From assembly GCA_046263195.1 (NCBI GenBank), contig JBHELG010000050.1, forward strand, positions 1 to 60,476: a stretch of DNA of 60,476 nt, given 5' to 3'. Each line of letters starts with the position of its first letter. Within the stretch, counting starts at the first letter, position 1. The translations under genes were made by a program, and so were the position numbers. This stretch comes from Nitriliruptorales bacterium. GTDB lineage: Bacteria > Actinomycetota > Nitriliruptoria > Nitriliruptorales > JAHWKO01. Shown in pieces: positions 1-8,058 of this stretch. Under the pieces are notes generated by a model. That model was not told the DNA's origin, made no database searches, and saw only the letters and a program-made list of their open reading frames with translations.

Positions 1-118
1 GATCATCGGCGGTGGTGCGGAAACGTCGACCGATCCAGATGAGTCGTCCCTCTTGATCGGCCAAACTCGCCTGGTGCGCAGCGCGACACGCGACATCGAT
101 GCCCAGACGTAACTGCAC
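1..118 (-). CDS. IS110-family transposase (DEDD/RuvC-like recombinase), 5' part, runs off the window edge
   Basis: Not in the ORF track. Manual translation from GTG at 118: MQLRLGIDVACRAAHQASLADQEGRLIWIGRRFRTTADD..., with the IS110 N-terminal GIDVA motif (first catalytic Asp). SD AAGGAAGGAGG immediately upstream. Confidence 0.88.
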   Translation of the reverse strand, partial: MQLRLGIDVACRAAHQASLADQEGRLIWIGRRFRTTADD

Positions 119-149
119 AAACCCTCCTTCCTTTCGACGACTACCCACT

Positions 150-400
150 GGCCAGCGTGGACGTCACCGCGGTGGGGAGGGTCGTTCCGGACATTCACTA
201 ATAGGGATCCGAGCCCAGCTCACGCTGACTCGGTCACCGGGTTCCCAACAGGACGCACCGCCTCCCCGGCGGTGACCCCACCCACCCCGTGATCAACAGG
301 CAAGGAGTCGCGTCGCGCTCCGGTCGGTCAAGCAACGGCGGCGGGTGGGCGCCGGTCCCTCTGATCCTCGTCTCGTCGGCCGCCTGATCCACGGATTCGG
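150..400 (-). ncRNA. Candidate IS110 bridge RNA (target-binding domain 277-349, donor-binding domain 163-276)
   Basis: Stem 335-349/277-290 encloses two 13-nt loop strands and hairpin 304-321. Stem 269-276/163-170 encloses a GUGA-tetraloop hairpin and the strand UGAAUGUC (190-197), which is complementary to the junction 416-423. RNA ends are approximate. Confidence 0.72.
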
Positions 401-420
401 AGGGCTCACTGAGTTTGAAT

Positions 421-1086
421 GTCGGTGACCACCGCGATCGGTGCGGGCGCCTCGCCGATGACGAAGTCGTCGGCGTTGACGACGTCCATCCAGCCTCGGT
501 CGGCGCGGAGATCATCGAGGTCGAGGACCCGTTCGGCCTCGACCACCGCACGCCGCAGGCAGGCGAGCGCGTCCTGACCGCGGCTGGTTGGGGTGACGGT
601 GGTGGCCAGACAGTATTTGCTCGCGTAGTCGATAACGGCGCAGATCCGCCAGATCCCGCCGCGGGCGGTCTCGAACTCGCTGAAGTCCATCTGCCAGACC
701 CGGTTCCGCTGCCTTGGCGGGTCACGGAACACCCGCTTACGAAGCCGCGACCACGACCTGCGGTCGGCGCGGAACCCGGACGGCAGCAGCAGCCCGCGGC
801 GACGCAGCGCCCGTTCCACGGTCGACGTCGACACCTCATAGCCGTCGGCACGCATCATCGCGGCGATCTTGCGGTGCCCCCACGCCGGCCAGTCCGCCGC
901 GTACTTGGCTGCGATCGCCTCGACCGCGTCGGTCTTCGGCGCCGGCCACGGGCCTTTGGCCGGGGCACCGGCACGGTGCCGGGCAAGCCGACGCCAGTAC
1001 GTCCGTTCCGGGATCCCGGCCAGTAGTGCGAACCTCGACACCGACACTCGACGTGTCGCTCTCAGGGCCTCGAGGTGGGCGAAGGG
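421..1086 (-). pseudogene. IS3-family transposase OrfB, truncated after the second catalytic Asp
   Basis: WGHRKIAAMMR, VERALRRRGL, PRQRNRVWQMDFSEF, VIDYASKY and ...VVTD, then out-of-family IQTQ-stop. The NG and the catalytic Glu region are absent. Confidence 0.85.
1032..1086 (-). promoter_or_regulatory. Candidate -1 programmed frameshift signal (C_CCT plus stem-loop)
   Basis: C_CCT at 1086-1083 in the orfA frame, 6-nt spacer, then stem ACCTCGA...TCGAGGT (1076-1032) with an inner GACAC/GTGTC hairpin. Confidence 0.55.
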
Positions 1087-1409
1087 ACGGAGTCGGTGTA
1101 CTCCGAGCCCTTCTGCCAGATCCGCAACTGCACCGTCGCCTCCGCCAGGGCGAGCTTCAGCTGCTCGCACTCGGTGCGCAACCGCCGCTCGGTCTGCGAC
1201 TGCCCACCATCTGGGCCCGGCAACGAACGGTCCATCCCAGCCCTGCCCGCATCCACAAACCGGTCCCGCCAGTTCCCCACCGTCGCCGAGGTCACCCCAT
1301 GCCGGCGTGCTGCCTCGGCCAGCGACAGCTCGCCCCTCAACACAGCGAGGACCACCTGGATCTGCTCGTCCACCTGCACCTGCCGGGACGGTTTGCGCTG
1401 TCTGCTCAC
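1062..1409 (-). CDS. IS3-family transposase OrfA (HTH)
   Basis: VLAVLRGELSLAEAARRHGVTSATVGNWRDRF HTH plus a coiled-coil tail; overlaps orfB in the -1 frame. Confidence 0.85.
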   Translation of the reverse strand: MSRQRKPSRQVQVDEQIQVVLAVLRGELSLAEAARRHGVTSATVGNWRDRFVDAGRAGMDRSLPGPDGGQSQTERRLRTECEQLKLALAEATVQLRIWQKGSEYTDSVPSPTSRP

Positions 1410-1787
1410 CCTGGCACCCTCCGTGACCCCTCAATCGCGGACCCTGCCAGAAAGTTTGACGCACACCATCTGGGTTAAGCCGAGGGACCATGGTGGGAGA
1501 TCAACGACTTGACCTCGCGGCGTGACCACGCGCCCGCCGATTCATTCTCCACCGGTTTTCAAAGCTCGCCTCAGAGGCAGCGTGATAGAGGCCGCAATGT
1601 CCAAGGGACTGGCTACGGTTCATGGGCGAGCTGCCCGCTCGATGGCGGCTACACGAGCGAAGTTCAGAGCCTCCCGCAACGTCGCATCAGCGTGCTCGCC
1701 GTGGTCGCAGCTGCGAACGTGAAGCGGTCATCTCGACGAGCGAACCCGGCGAGATCAACGTTCCGCTCTTAAAACTGACCGAGGCCC

Positions 1788-3923
1788 TTATGCCAGTACG
1801 CGTTCCAGCGGTCGATCGAAGTGGCGGTGCGCCGCGATGGCATCGGCAAAGGACGCCGCGAACGATTCGAGGAGTTCCGCGTTGTCGTCACCGACGGTCA
1901 CGACTCCCGCCTCGGCGATGACGCCGTCGGAGCTTCGCGCCAACCTGGCACCCGGGAGCTGGAGCTGGGAGAGCAGTTCTACCCCGGCTCCGATCGCCCC
2001 GATCGGTTTGGCATGCTTATACGCCTCCACCAGGTAGTTCGCGGCCGCCCCGTGAGCCATGATTGTCTCAACGCTCTCTTTGCCGCCCGCCGCCAACACC
2101 GCGTCATAGAGCACCGACGACATGGTGGCGACATGGCGGTCAACCTGAACCTCACCGTCAGTGGAGCGCAACGACCCGTCGTGGGGGGCGACGACCTCGC
2201 AGGTCACCCCCCGGTCGCGCAGAGCAGCACAGACCGTCTCCAGCGATCGATGGTCGACGCCGTCAGCGGCCAGGATCGCCACCTTGCGCGTCGCCGGGCT
2301 GCGCGGCTGGTTGTCCTGGCTGAGCGCGGGCGAGCTGCGGCCGTGGTTGGGACGTCCTGGCTCGGGTGGCTCAACGCCGATCCCCTCGGCGACCGCCGCG
2401 GCGAGCTCGTGATCGACTTCTTTGAGGTGTCCGACCATGCGCTCGCGGATGTGGTGGTGGGAGACCTTGCCGAGCTCAAAGTGGAAGGCGCTGATGATGT
2501 GCTGCCTTTCCCAGTCGGACATCGAGTTCCAGAACAGGGTGGCCTGGCTGTAGTGATCCTCGAAGCTCTTGCTGCGCCGGCGCACCTTTTGCCCGTCGAC
2601 GCGCTCCGTGTAGTGGCGGAACGCCCCTTCTTCGGGCGATGCCACGCGTGGGTAGTTGTCCGACAATGAGTTCGGGGAGAAGTTCGTGCGCGACTGGTTG
2701 ATCCGATGTTGGCCATAGCCGTCGCGCTGGTCGTGATGCACCGCCGCTATCGGTCGGTTCACCGGCAGCTGCGCGAAGTTCGGCCCCCCGAGGCGGATCA
2801 GCTGGGTGTCGAGATAAGAGAACAGGCGGGCTTGCAGCAACGGGTCGTTGGTGAAGTCGATACCTGGGACGATGTTGGCGACGTGCATTGCGACCTGCTC
2901 GGTCTCGGCGAAGAAGTCGTCCACGTTGCGGTCCAGAACCATTCTGCCGATGGGGCGCAGCGGCACCTGTTCCTCGGGGATGATCTTGGTGGGGTCGAGC
3001 AGGTCGAAGTCGAACGCGTCCTCGTCCTCCTCCGCGACGAGCTGCACGTTCAGCTCGTACTCGGGGGAGTTGCCGGCCTCGATCGCCTCCCAAAGGTCCA
3101 TACGGTTGAAGTCGATGTTCTTGCCGGCGATTTTTTGTGCCTCGTCCCACACGAGTGAGTGCGCGCCGAGCATGGGCCGCCAATGGAACTTGACGAACGT
3201 TCCGCGGCCCTCCGCGTTGACGAACCGGAAGGTGTGTACCCCGAAGCCGTCCATCATCCGGAAACTGCGAGGCACCGCGCGTGGGGAGGTCACCCACATG
3301 AGCATGTGCGTGGACTCGGGCTGCAACGAGAAGAAGTCCCACGCGTTGTCGTGAGCCGCCGCCGCCTGCGGGATCTCGTTGTGCGGCTCGGGCTTCACGG
3401 CATGGACGAGGTCGGGGAACTTGATCCCGTCCTGAATGAAGAAGACGGGGATGTTGTTGCCCACCAGATCCCAGTTGCCCTCGCGAGTGTAGAACTTGGT
3501 GGCGAAGCCGCGGACGTCGCGCACCGTGTCCGGTGACCCCCGCGACCCCACTACGGTGGAAAAGCGCACGAACACGGGCGTGCGGAGTCCGGCCTCGCTG
3601 AAAAGGTCGGCGCGCGTGATGTCGGCGAGGGACTCGTAGGCTTCGAAGAAGCCGTAGACACCGAAGCCACGCGCGTGGACGACGCGCTCGGGTATCCGCT
3701 CATGATCGAAGCGGGTCATCTTCTCGCGGAAGTGGAAATCCTCGATCAGGGTCGGACCACGCTCACCGACCTTCAAAGAGTCGTCCGTGTGATCCACCTT
3801 GATTCCCTGATCGGTCGTCAGGTGAGTGCCCTCGTGGGACACACGGTGCTCGTCGAGCTGGTCCTGCTTCTCGTCTCGGCGCTCGGAAGGTCGCTTCGAC
3901 GGTGACGCGTCTGCTGCACTCAC
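1788..3923 (-). CDS. katE: Large-subunit catalase HPII with C-terminal DJ-1/PfpI-like domain
   Basis: FDHERIPERVVHARG, RFSTV, LVGNN, RLFSYLDTQ heme-ligand motif, EAYKHAKPIG. Start placed at GTG 3923 after GGGAG. Confidence 0.95.
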   Translation of the reverse strand: MSAADASPSKRPSERRDEKQDQLDEHRVSHEGTHLTTDQGIKVDHTDDSLKVGERGPTLIEDFHFREKMTRFDHERIPERVVHARGFGVYGFFEAYESLADITRADLFSEAGLRTPVFVRFSTVVGSRGSPDTVRDVRGFATKFYTREGNWDLVGNNIPVFFIQDGIKFPDLVHAVKPEPHNEIPQAAAAHDNAWDFFSLQPESTHMLMWVTSPRAVPRSFRMMDGFGVHTFRFVNAEGRGTFVKFHWRPMLGAHSLVWDEAQKIAGKNIDFNRMDLWEAIEAGNSPEYELNVQLVAEEDEDAFDFDLLDPTKIIPEEQVPLRPIGRMVLDRNVDDFFAETEQVAMHVANIVPGIDFTNDPLLQARLFSYLDTQLIRLGGPNFAQLPVNRPIAAVHHDQRDGYGQHRINQSRTNFSPNSLSDNYPRVASPEEGAFRHYTERVDGQKVRRRSKSFEDHYSQATLFWNSMSDWERQHIISAFHFELGKVSHHHIRERMVGHLKEVDHELAAAVAEGIGVEPPEPGRPNHGRSSPALSQDNQPRSPATRKVAILAADGVDHRSLETVCAALRDRGVTCEVVAPHDGSLRSTDGEVQVDRHVATMSSVLYDAVLAAGGKESVETIMAHGAAANYLVEAYKHAKPIGAIGAGVELLSQLQLPGARLARSSDGVIAEAGVVTVGDDNAELLESFAASFADAIAAHRHFDRPLERVLA

Positions 3924-4280
3924 GGCCCGCACTCCCCTGCTGCTCGAGTCAGTTTCACTGAAAGCCTTCCACATGGTCACGACACCAACCGGACAGCTCA
4001 CCGCCGAATGTCCGCCAACCTCCTCCTGAAAGGGGGGGCGGGGTCGGGACGGGTGCTGTCGCAGACCCAAAGGGCACTAGCGAGGGAAACGGTGGGGTAC
4101 GAACGGCGTGTTGCTCTGACACGGCTGCGTCGAAAGCGACAACGCCAAGGTGGTCGACCCAGGGAGGACAGAAGTTCCCGGGACCGTAGTTTCAGCGGCC
4201 TGGCCGGGGTTCGGTTCCGGCGTTCCTCTCGGGACACGAGACCATGTAGTAGGTGGCGTGCGCTGAGGCGCTCGCTGTTC

Positions 4281-4309
4281 TGGACGGCCAATGGCGATAG
4301 GCGTACAGT
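4281..4309 (+). promoter_or_regulatory. SigA-type promoter for a leaderless vapBC transcript
   Basis: TGGACG-17 nt-TACAGT, 7 nt before ATG 4317; no SD present. Confidence 0.6.
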
Positions 4310-4316
4310 TAGACGT

Positions 4317-4565
4317 ATGCCACGGCTACAGGTCTACCTCCCCAAGGATCTTCACGAAGCGCTGAAGAGTCGAGACTTGCCGGCGTCTGAACTCCTCCAA
4401 GAGGCAGTCCGCGCAGAGCTGCAACGTCGCGACGCCATCATCGCGACCGATGATTACCTCACAGCGCTCGCGGACGAGGTGGGCAAGCCCACGCCACGGC
4501 AGTTGTCCCGGGCTGACGCGATCGCCCGAAGGATCAGGAGTCGCCAGCTGAACCAGACTGGGTGA
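4317..4565 (+). CDS. Type II antitoxin (RHH/CcdA-like, VapB)
   Basis: MPRLQVYLPKDLHEALKSRDLPASELLQEAVRAEL RHH pattern; lies 3 nt upstream of the PIN gene. Confidence 0.8.
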   Translation: MPRLQVYLPKDLHEALKSRDLPASELLQEAVRAELQRRDAIIATDDYLTALADEVGKPTPRQLSRADAIARRIRSRQLNQTG

Positions 4566-4568
4566 GCC

Positions 4569-4949
4569 TTGCTGCTCCTCGACAGCGGCGGGCTGAGTCG
4601 CGTCGCTGAGCGGTCGACCCGCGCGCTGGCGCTCATCTCATCACTCCGAGCCGCCGAACTCTGGCCGCCGGTCGTTCCCACCGTGGTCCTCGTCGAATCG
4701 CTCCAAGGCCACGCAGGGCGCGACGCGAACCTGAACCGCTTCCTGAGGACTTGCATCCTCGACATCCACGTCACCGAGAAACTCGCTCGAAGGGCCGCTG
4801 AGATTCGGCGACGGGCCGGTAAGGGTTCTGCGGTCAACGCCATCGTGGTGGCATTGGCTGAGCCGGGCGGAACGGTTCTCAGCGGCGACGAGGCCGATAT
4901 CAGGGCACTCGCCCAGCACGTACATTACGTCGGCATCGAAGCAGTCTGA
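4569..4949 (+). CDS. PIN-domain toxin (VapC-like)
   Basis: LLLDSGGL, VLVES, GSAVNAIVVA, VLSGDEAD; 126 aa. Confidence 0.85.
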   Translation: MLLLDSGGLSRVAERSTRALALISSLRAAELWPPVVPTVVLVESLQGHAGRDANLNRFLRTCILDIHVTEKLARRAAEIRRRAGKGSAVNAIVVALAEPGGTVLSGDEADIRALAQHVHYVGIEAV

Positions 4950-5258
4950 CTCCCGAGCAGCCCCCTCTAGGTGAGGCATACAAGGTCCTCCCAGGAGAGG
5001 AGGACAGCCGGACACCCTCCAAAAGGTTGCCTGCCTCCAACCGGTCGAACAGCTGCTGACGGCGGCAGCGAAGGAACTGAAGAGGTCTGTCTGGATACCA
5101 GCCTCTGGTCACAATGAATCCCGGCGCTGCTCGACGGAGACCGTTTCGTCCAGGCGCTCACCAGCTTTGTGTGGGAGCACGGTGTGCTCGTGGTCGTCGG
5201 ACTGAGCTGGGTACTTGGAACTTGCAAGGGAGGAGTGGTTCGTCGGCGAAGACGGGCA

Positions 5259-5696
5259 CTAAGGCTCCCGGGCCTCGTCGCCGCCTGGCAACACCCCGAC
5301 CTGCCGCAGGATGGTGCCGGTGTCCAGGTAGGTCCTCACGTAGGCGATCTTGCCATCCCGAATTTGCATGATGCCGCAGGCGTGGTACTCCAGCCGTCGC
5401 CCAGTGGGCGGGAGCCCCCCGAACTCGCCTCGGTGCGTGCCGGTGACCCGCCAGCAGACGGCGGCCTGATCGCCGCTGGCGAATTCCCGTTCGACATCGA
5501 AATGCAGGTCCGGGAAAGCCGCATAGAATCCAACCATGGTTTGCACTACGGCTGCCCGGCCGACGGCCGGGGCCGGTAGGGCATCGTCCTCCCACACGGC
5601 ATCCTCGGTGAACGTGTCCGCGTAGTCTTCCATCACTTGGGTGTTCATGGCCGCGGTATTGGCCCGTATGGCTTCCAGCGTCGGCTGCTCGGACAC
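5259..5696 (-). CDS. SnoaL-like ester cyclase / NTF2-fold protein
   Basis: AAFPDLHF, VTGTHRGEFGGLPPTGRR, IRDGKI. Confidence 0.88.
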   Translation of the reverse strand: MSEQPTLEAIRANTAAMNTQVMEDYADTFTEDAVWEDDALPAPAVGRAAVVQTMVGFYAAFPDLHFDVEREFASGDQAAVCWRVTGTHRGEFGGLPPTGRRLEYHACGIMQIRDGKIAYVRTYLDTGTILRQVGVLPGGDEAREP

Positions 5697-5916
5697 AAGT
5701 CCCTCCCCGGTCCAGGCCCTTCCCTAGAGCCCCCGCCCAGTGAACATCCAGACATACCCTGGCACAAGAGGATGCCACCGCTCGTCAACGTTGGGACGCC
5801 GTCGAGTGGAGATTCGCGCCGACGTGTGACGAGCAAGTGTCCGGTGATACATCGACCGTAGGTGCCGCGAAGGCAGGGGACTGAGACCGATATTGCGACG
5901 CCGGTATCCGAGGGAT

Positions 5917-5938
5917 TGCAACCGAAACTGCAACCGAA
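5917..5938 (+). repeat. Tandem direct repeat TGCAACCGAA x2 (candidate integrase arm-type sites)
   Basis: Copies at 5917-5926 and 5929-5938, ~125 bp from the tRNA fragment. Confidence 0.55.
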
Positions 5939-5994
5939 CGGGCTGACACGGGGCGTCACACGCTATCCTCGCGTGACACGGTCGCGGTGCGAAA

Positions 5995-6122
5995 CCGCAG
6001 GTCAGAGGGCATCAGCGGCAGGAATGACCCAGAGCGGGACGAGCTCGAAGCGGTTTGGGTCCTGGCGGGGTAACACCCGTGGGAGTTCGAGTCTCCCCGC
6101 TCGCACCACCTCTGACCTGCGG
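5995..6122. repeat. Perfect 14-bp inverted repeat bracketing the tRNA fragment
   Basis: CCGCAGGTCAGAGG (5995-6008) / CCTCTGACCTGCGG (6109-6122). Confidence 0.8.
6062..6108 (+). other. 3' fragment of a long-variable-arm tRNA (probably tRNA-Leu); likely att-site duplication
   Basis: Variable arm GGGT-AAC-ACCC, T arm GGGAG-TTCGAGT-CTCCC, acceptor strand CGCTCGC-A-CCA. No matching 5' acceptor strand or D arm upstream. Confidence 0.8.
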
Positions 6123-6500
6123 GCTGTGCAAACGACTTCGCCCTAGTTCCCTGACGCGAGCCCGTGACAGCAGCGGTTACAGCAGGCACCGTCATGAAGC
6201 GACGAGAGCGCCGCCGGCCCACGGACCGATCCCCACTCGCAGTGTCCGACGTCGAGCAGTTCCGTCGGCTGGATTCGTTGGCCCTAGGTGGCTTTCGGCT
6301 GTCTAGCCCGAGGTGATGAGCTTGGTGCGGGCTCGAGCAACTCGGGAGCGCATGGTGAACAGGGGGGGCTGTCGCCGAGACGACTATCTCTCTCTGAGTT
6401 TCACAGAGGTGGGGCCGCCAGGAACTTTGGATTGCGGGGCGTGGCTGAAAAGGTAGGCAGCGGTGAGTCGGTCGCCCGCCGACCGGATCTGAGATGCGGT

Positions 6501-6887
6501 TCACAGCGCCGGGAGCCGATTGAACGTGTTCACGGGGCGCTTGGCGCTCACAACGACGCCTGATCCCGCGAACATCTCATCTGTGCGAGGAGGGGGTCGC
6601 TGGGGATGCGTCATACGAGCATGCTCATCTTGTCCCAGGTGGTGAACTCCTTCCGATCTGAGAGACGGTCGACGATCACTTGCATTGGAAGGCCCATGGA
6701 CGCCGCGTCGGGGTGGACCTGGACGACCGTCGCCTTCGTGCCTTCTTCGTTGATAGAGGCGCCGAAGTGGATCAGGAGGATGATTCGCCTCCAGGAACTC
6801 CAACCACTCCGGAGCAGCCTGCTCGTAGCCCTCCAGCTTGCACTCCCTCATCCCTTAGGTGTTGATGAAGATGAGCGGCTCGGCCAT
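6501..6887 (-). pseudogene. Degraded paralogue of the 7050-7436 protein
   Basis: MAEPLIFINT*GMRECKLEGYEQ...LEANHP, frameshift, LIHFGASINEEGTKATVVQVHPDAASM...MLV*, second frameshift, ...NTFNRLPAL. SD GAAAGGAA intact. Confidence 0.75.
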
Positions 6888-7049
6888 GAGGTGTTCCTTT
6901 CAGCTGCTTCTCCGGTACGCCGATCTGTCATTGCCTGCCCGGTGCCGGTCGGTCTACTTGCTGCGTGGCTGCCGATGATCGAACCATCCATATCCCATAC
7001 TGCGCAGAGGCGGTAACGCCACCATGGCGTCGTACTGGTAGCAGACCGA

Positions 7050-7436
7050 TCACGAGGCCTGCAGGCGGGTGAACCCGCCGAGGTGGTAGGGGTGGTGGGT
7101 GAGCTCGACGCCGTACTGGCGGATGGCGTCTGCGGTGGCGAGGTTGAGTGGGCCGAACGCATCCGATCGCTCCGAGCCGTGCTCGAGGTGCTCGTAGGCG
7201 CGAAGGCCGTGCTCGGCCACGACCTCCTTCATGAAGAAGTCCATGTGGTTGGCGTCGGGGTGCAGCTGGACGGCGAACACCCGGCGGCCGTCCTCGCTGA
7301 GGTAGAGGTGGAAGGCGAGCAGGTCAGGCGCCTTCGCCTCGGTGAACGCCGCATGCTCCTTGGCGTACTCCTTGTAGCTCTCCAGCTTCCCGTCTTGGAC
7401 TGCGGCGCTGAAGATGTGGACCAGCGGTGCCGTCAT
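7050..7436 (-). CDS. Conserved hypothetical protein, probable dimeric alpha-beta barrel (ABM-like)
   Basis: GKLESYKEY...FHLYLSEDG...VQLHPDA...GGFTR; strong SD AGGAGG; high GC3. Confidence 0.75.
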   Translation of the reverse strand: MTAPLVHIFSAAVQDGKLESYKEYAKEHAAFTEAKAPDLLAFHLYLSEDGRRVFAVQLHPDANHMDFFMKEVVAEHGLRAYEHLEHGSERSDAFGPLNLATADAIRQYGVELTHHPYHLGGFTRLQAS

Positions 7437-8058
7437 GATGCTTCCTCCTGTCGACTGACTGACTGTGCACCGATACTGCGGGGGCGCGGTAACGGGTTGG
7501 TAATGGCTCCGGTGGAGGGCACCGCGGCGGGCAGTAGGGTGAACGGGGCCGGGGGCAGCAGCGACCGATCTCCACGCGACCCGCCGAGGCGCCGATCAGA
7601 ACGGGCCGGGGAAGGCCTGGCGCACCCTGGATCAAACCGTGCGCTGGGAGGTAGGTGGGTTGGTGCCGTAGCGGTCACCTCGGCTCCGGCGTGCCTGCTC
7701 GGGCAACGAGACCACGTGGTCGTTGGTGCGCTCTCAGGCGCTTGCTGCTCTCACGCTCCCTCTCCGGCGCCGTCGTGAGAGGGCCGCTGCGGCACTCCGA
7801 CCGTGAGGCTCCCCTCTCTATCGTCGGGGCGTCCGCCAGGGTTCCTTTCGGCCGTGATCTCTCAAGTAGCCCCTCTGCTTTGCCGACAGTGCATTTGGCA
7901 CCCAAGCCCTCCCCCGAGACGGACCAGAGGTAGCCAATTGCTGGCGGCCCCAACCCAGTGAGGGCTCCGGAAGCGGCCGCAGTCGAGCCCGCACGCAGAA
8001 AGGACCCGGCGTGACCCATGACAACCGTGGACTGCGAGCGACGTGAAAGGCCAGGTCG

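Larger units (their letters stand above)
1..420 (-). mobile_element. IS110-family element, left end plus start of transposase, inserted into the IS3 orfB
   Basis: IS3 orfB similarity stops abruptly at ...VVTD (421-423). It is followed by ~300 nt of structured non-coding DNA and then the IS110 transposase start. Confidence 0.85.
421..1465 (-). mobile_element. IS3-family insertion sequence, left part, interrupted by IS110
   Basis: orfA (HTH) plus orfB (integrase core) in -1 arrangement. Putative left end TGTGCGTCAAACTTTCTGGC starting near 1465. Confidence 0.8.

Noticed and set aside
270-277. GGTCACCG in the IS110 leader matches the target flank over 8 nt
   Set aside because: It lies in the predicted closing stem (pairs with 163-170), so it is unlikely to be a guide; the loop-located UUGACCGAC is preferred.
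333-339. GCCGUUG, a perfect complement of CAACGGC (Asn-Gly codons)
   Set aside because: It is mostly paired in the stem and lies 5' of the left guide, the wrong order for a right target guide; kept only as an alternative.
406-1491. 361-aa ORF as a single complete transposase
   Set aside because: The N-terminal third is the off-frame shadow of orfA and the C-terminus is truncated by the IS110 insertion.
4071-4110. SigB/SigF-type GTTT...GGGT promoter upstream of katE
   Set aside because: Spacing and -10 match are poor and not reproducible across the other stress genes.
6025-6108. Complete tRNA gene
   Set aside because: No 5' acceptor strand (GCGAGCG), D arm or proper anticodon stem; only the 3' half is present.
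7440-8058. Riboswitch or sortase substrate upstream of the sortase
   Set aside because: No convincing c-di-AMP/c-di-GMP consensus or coding signature by eye.
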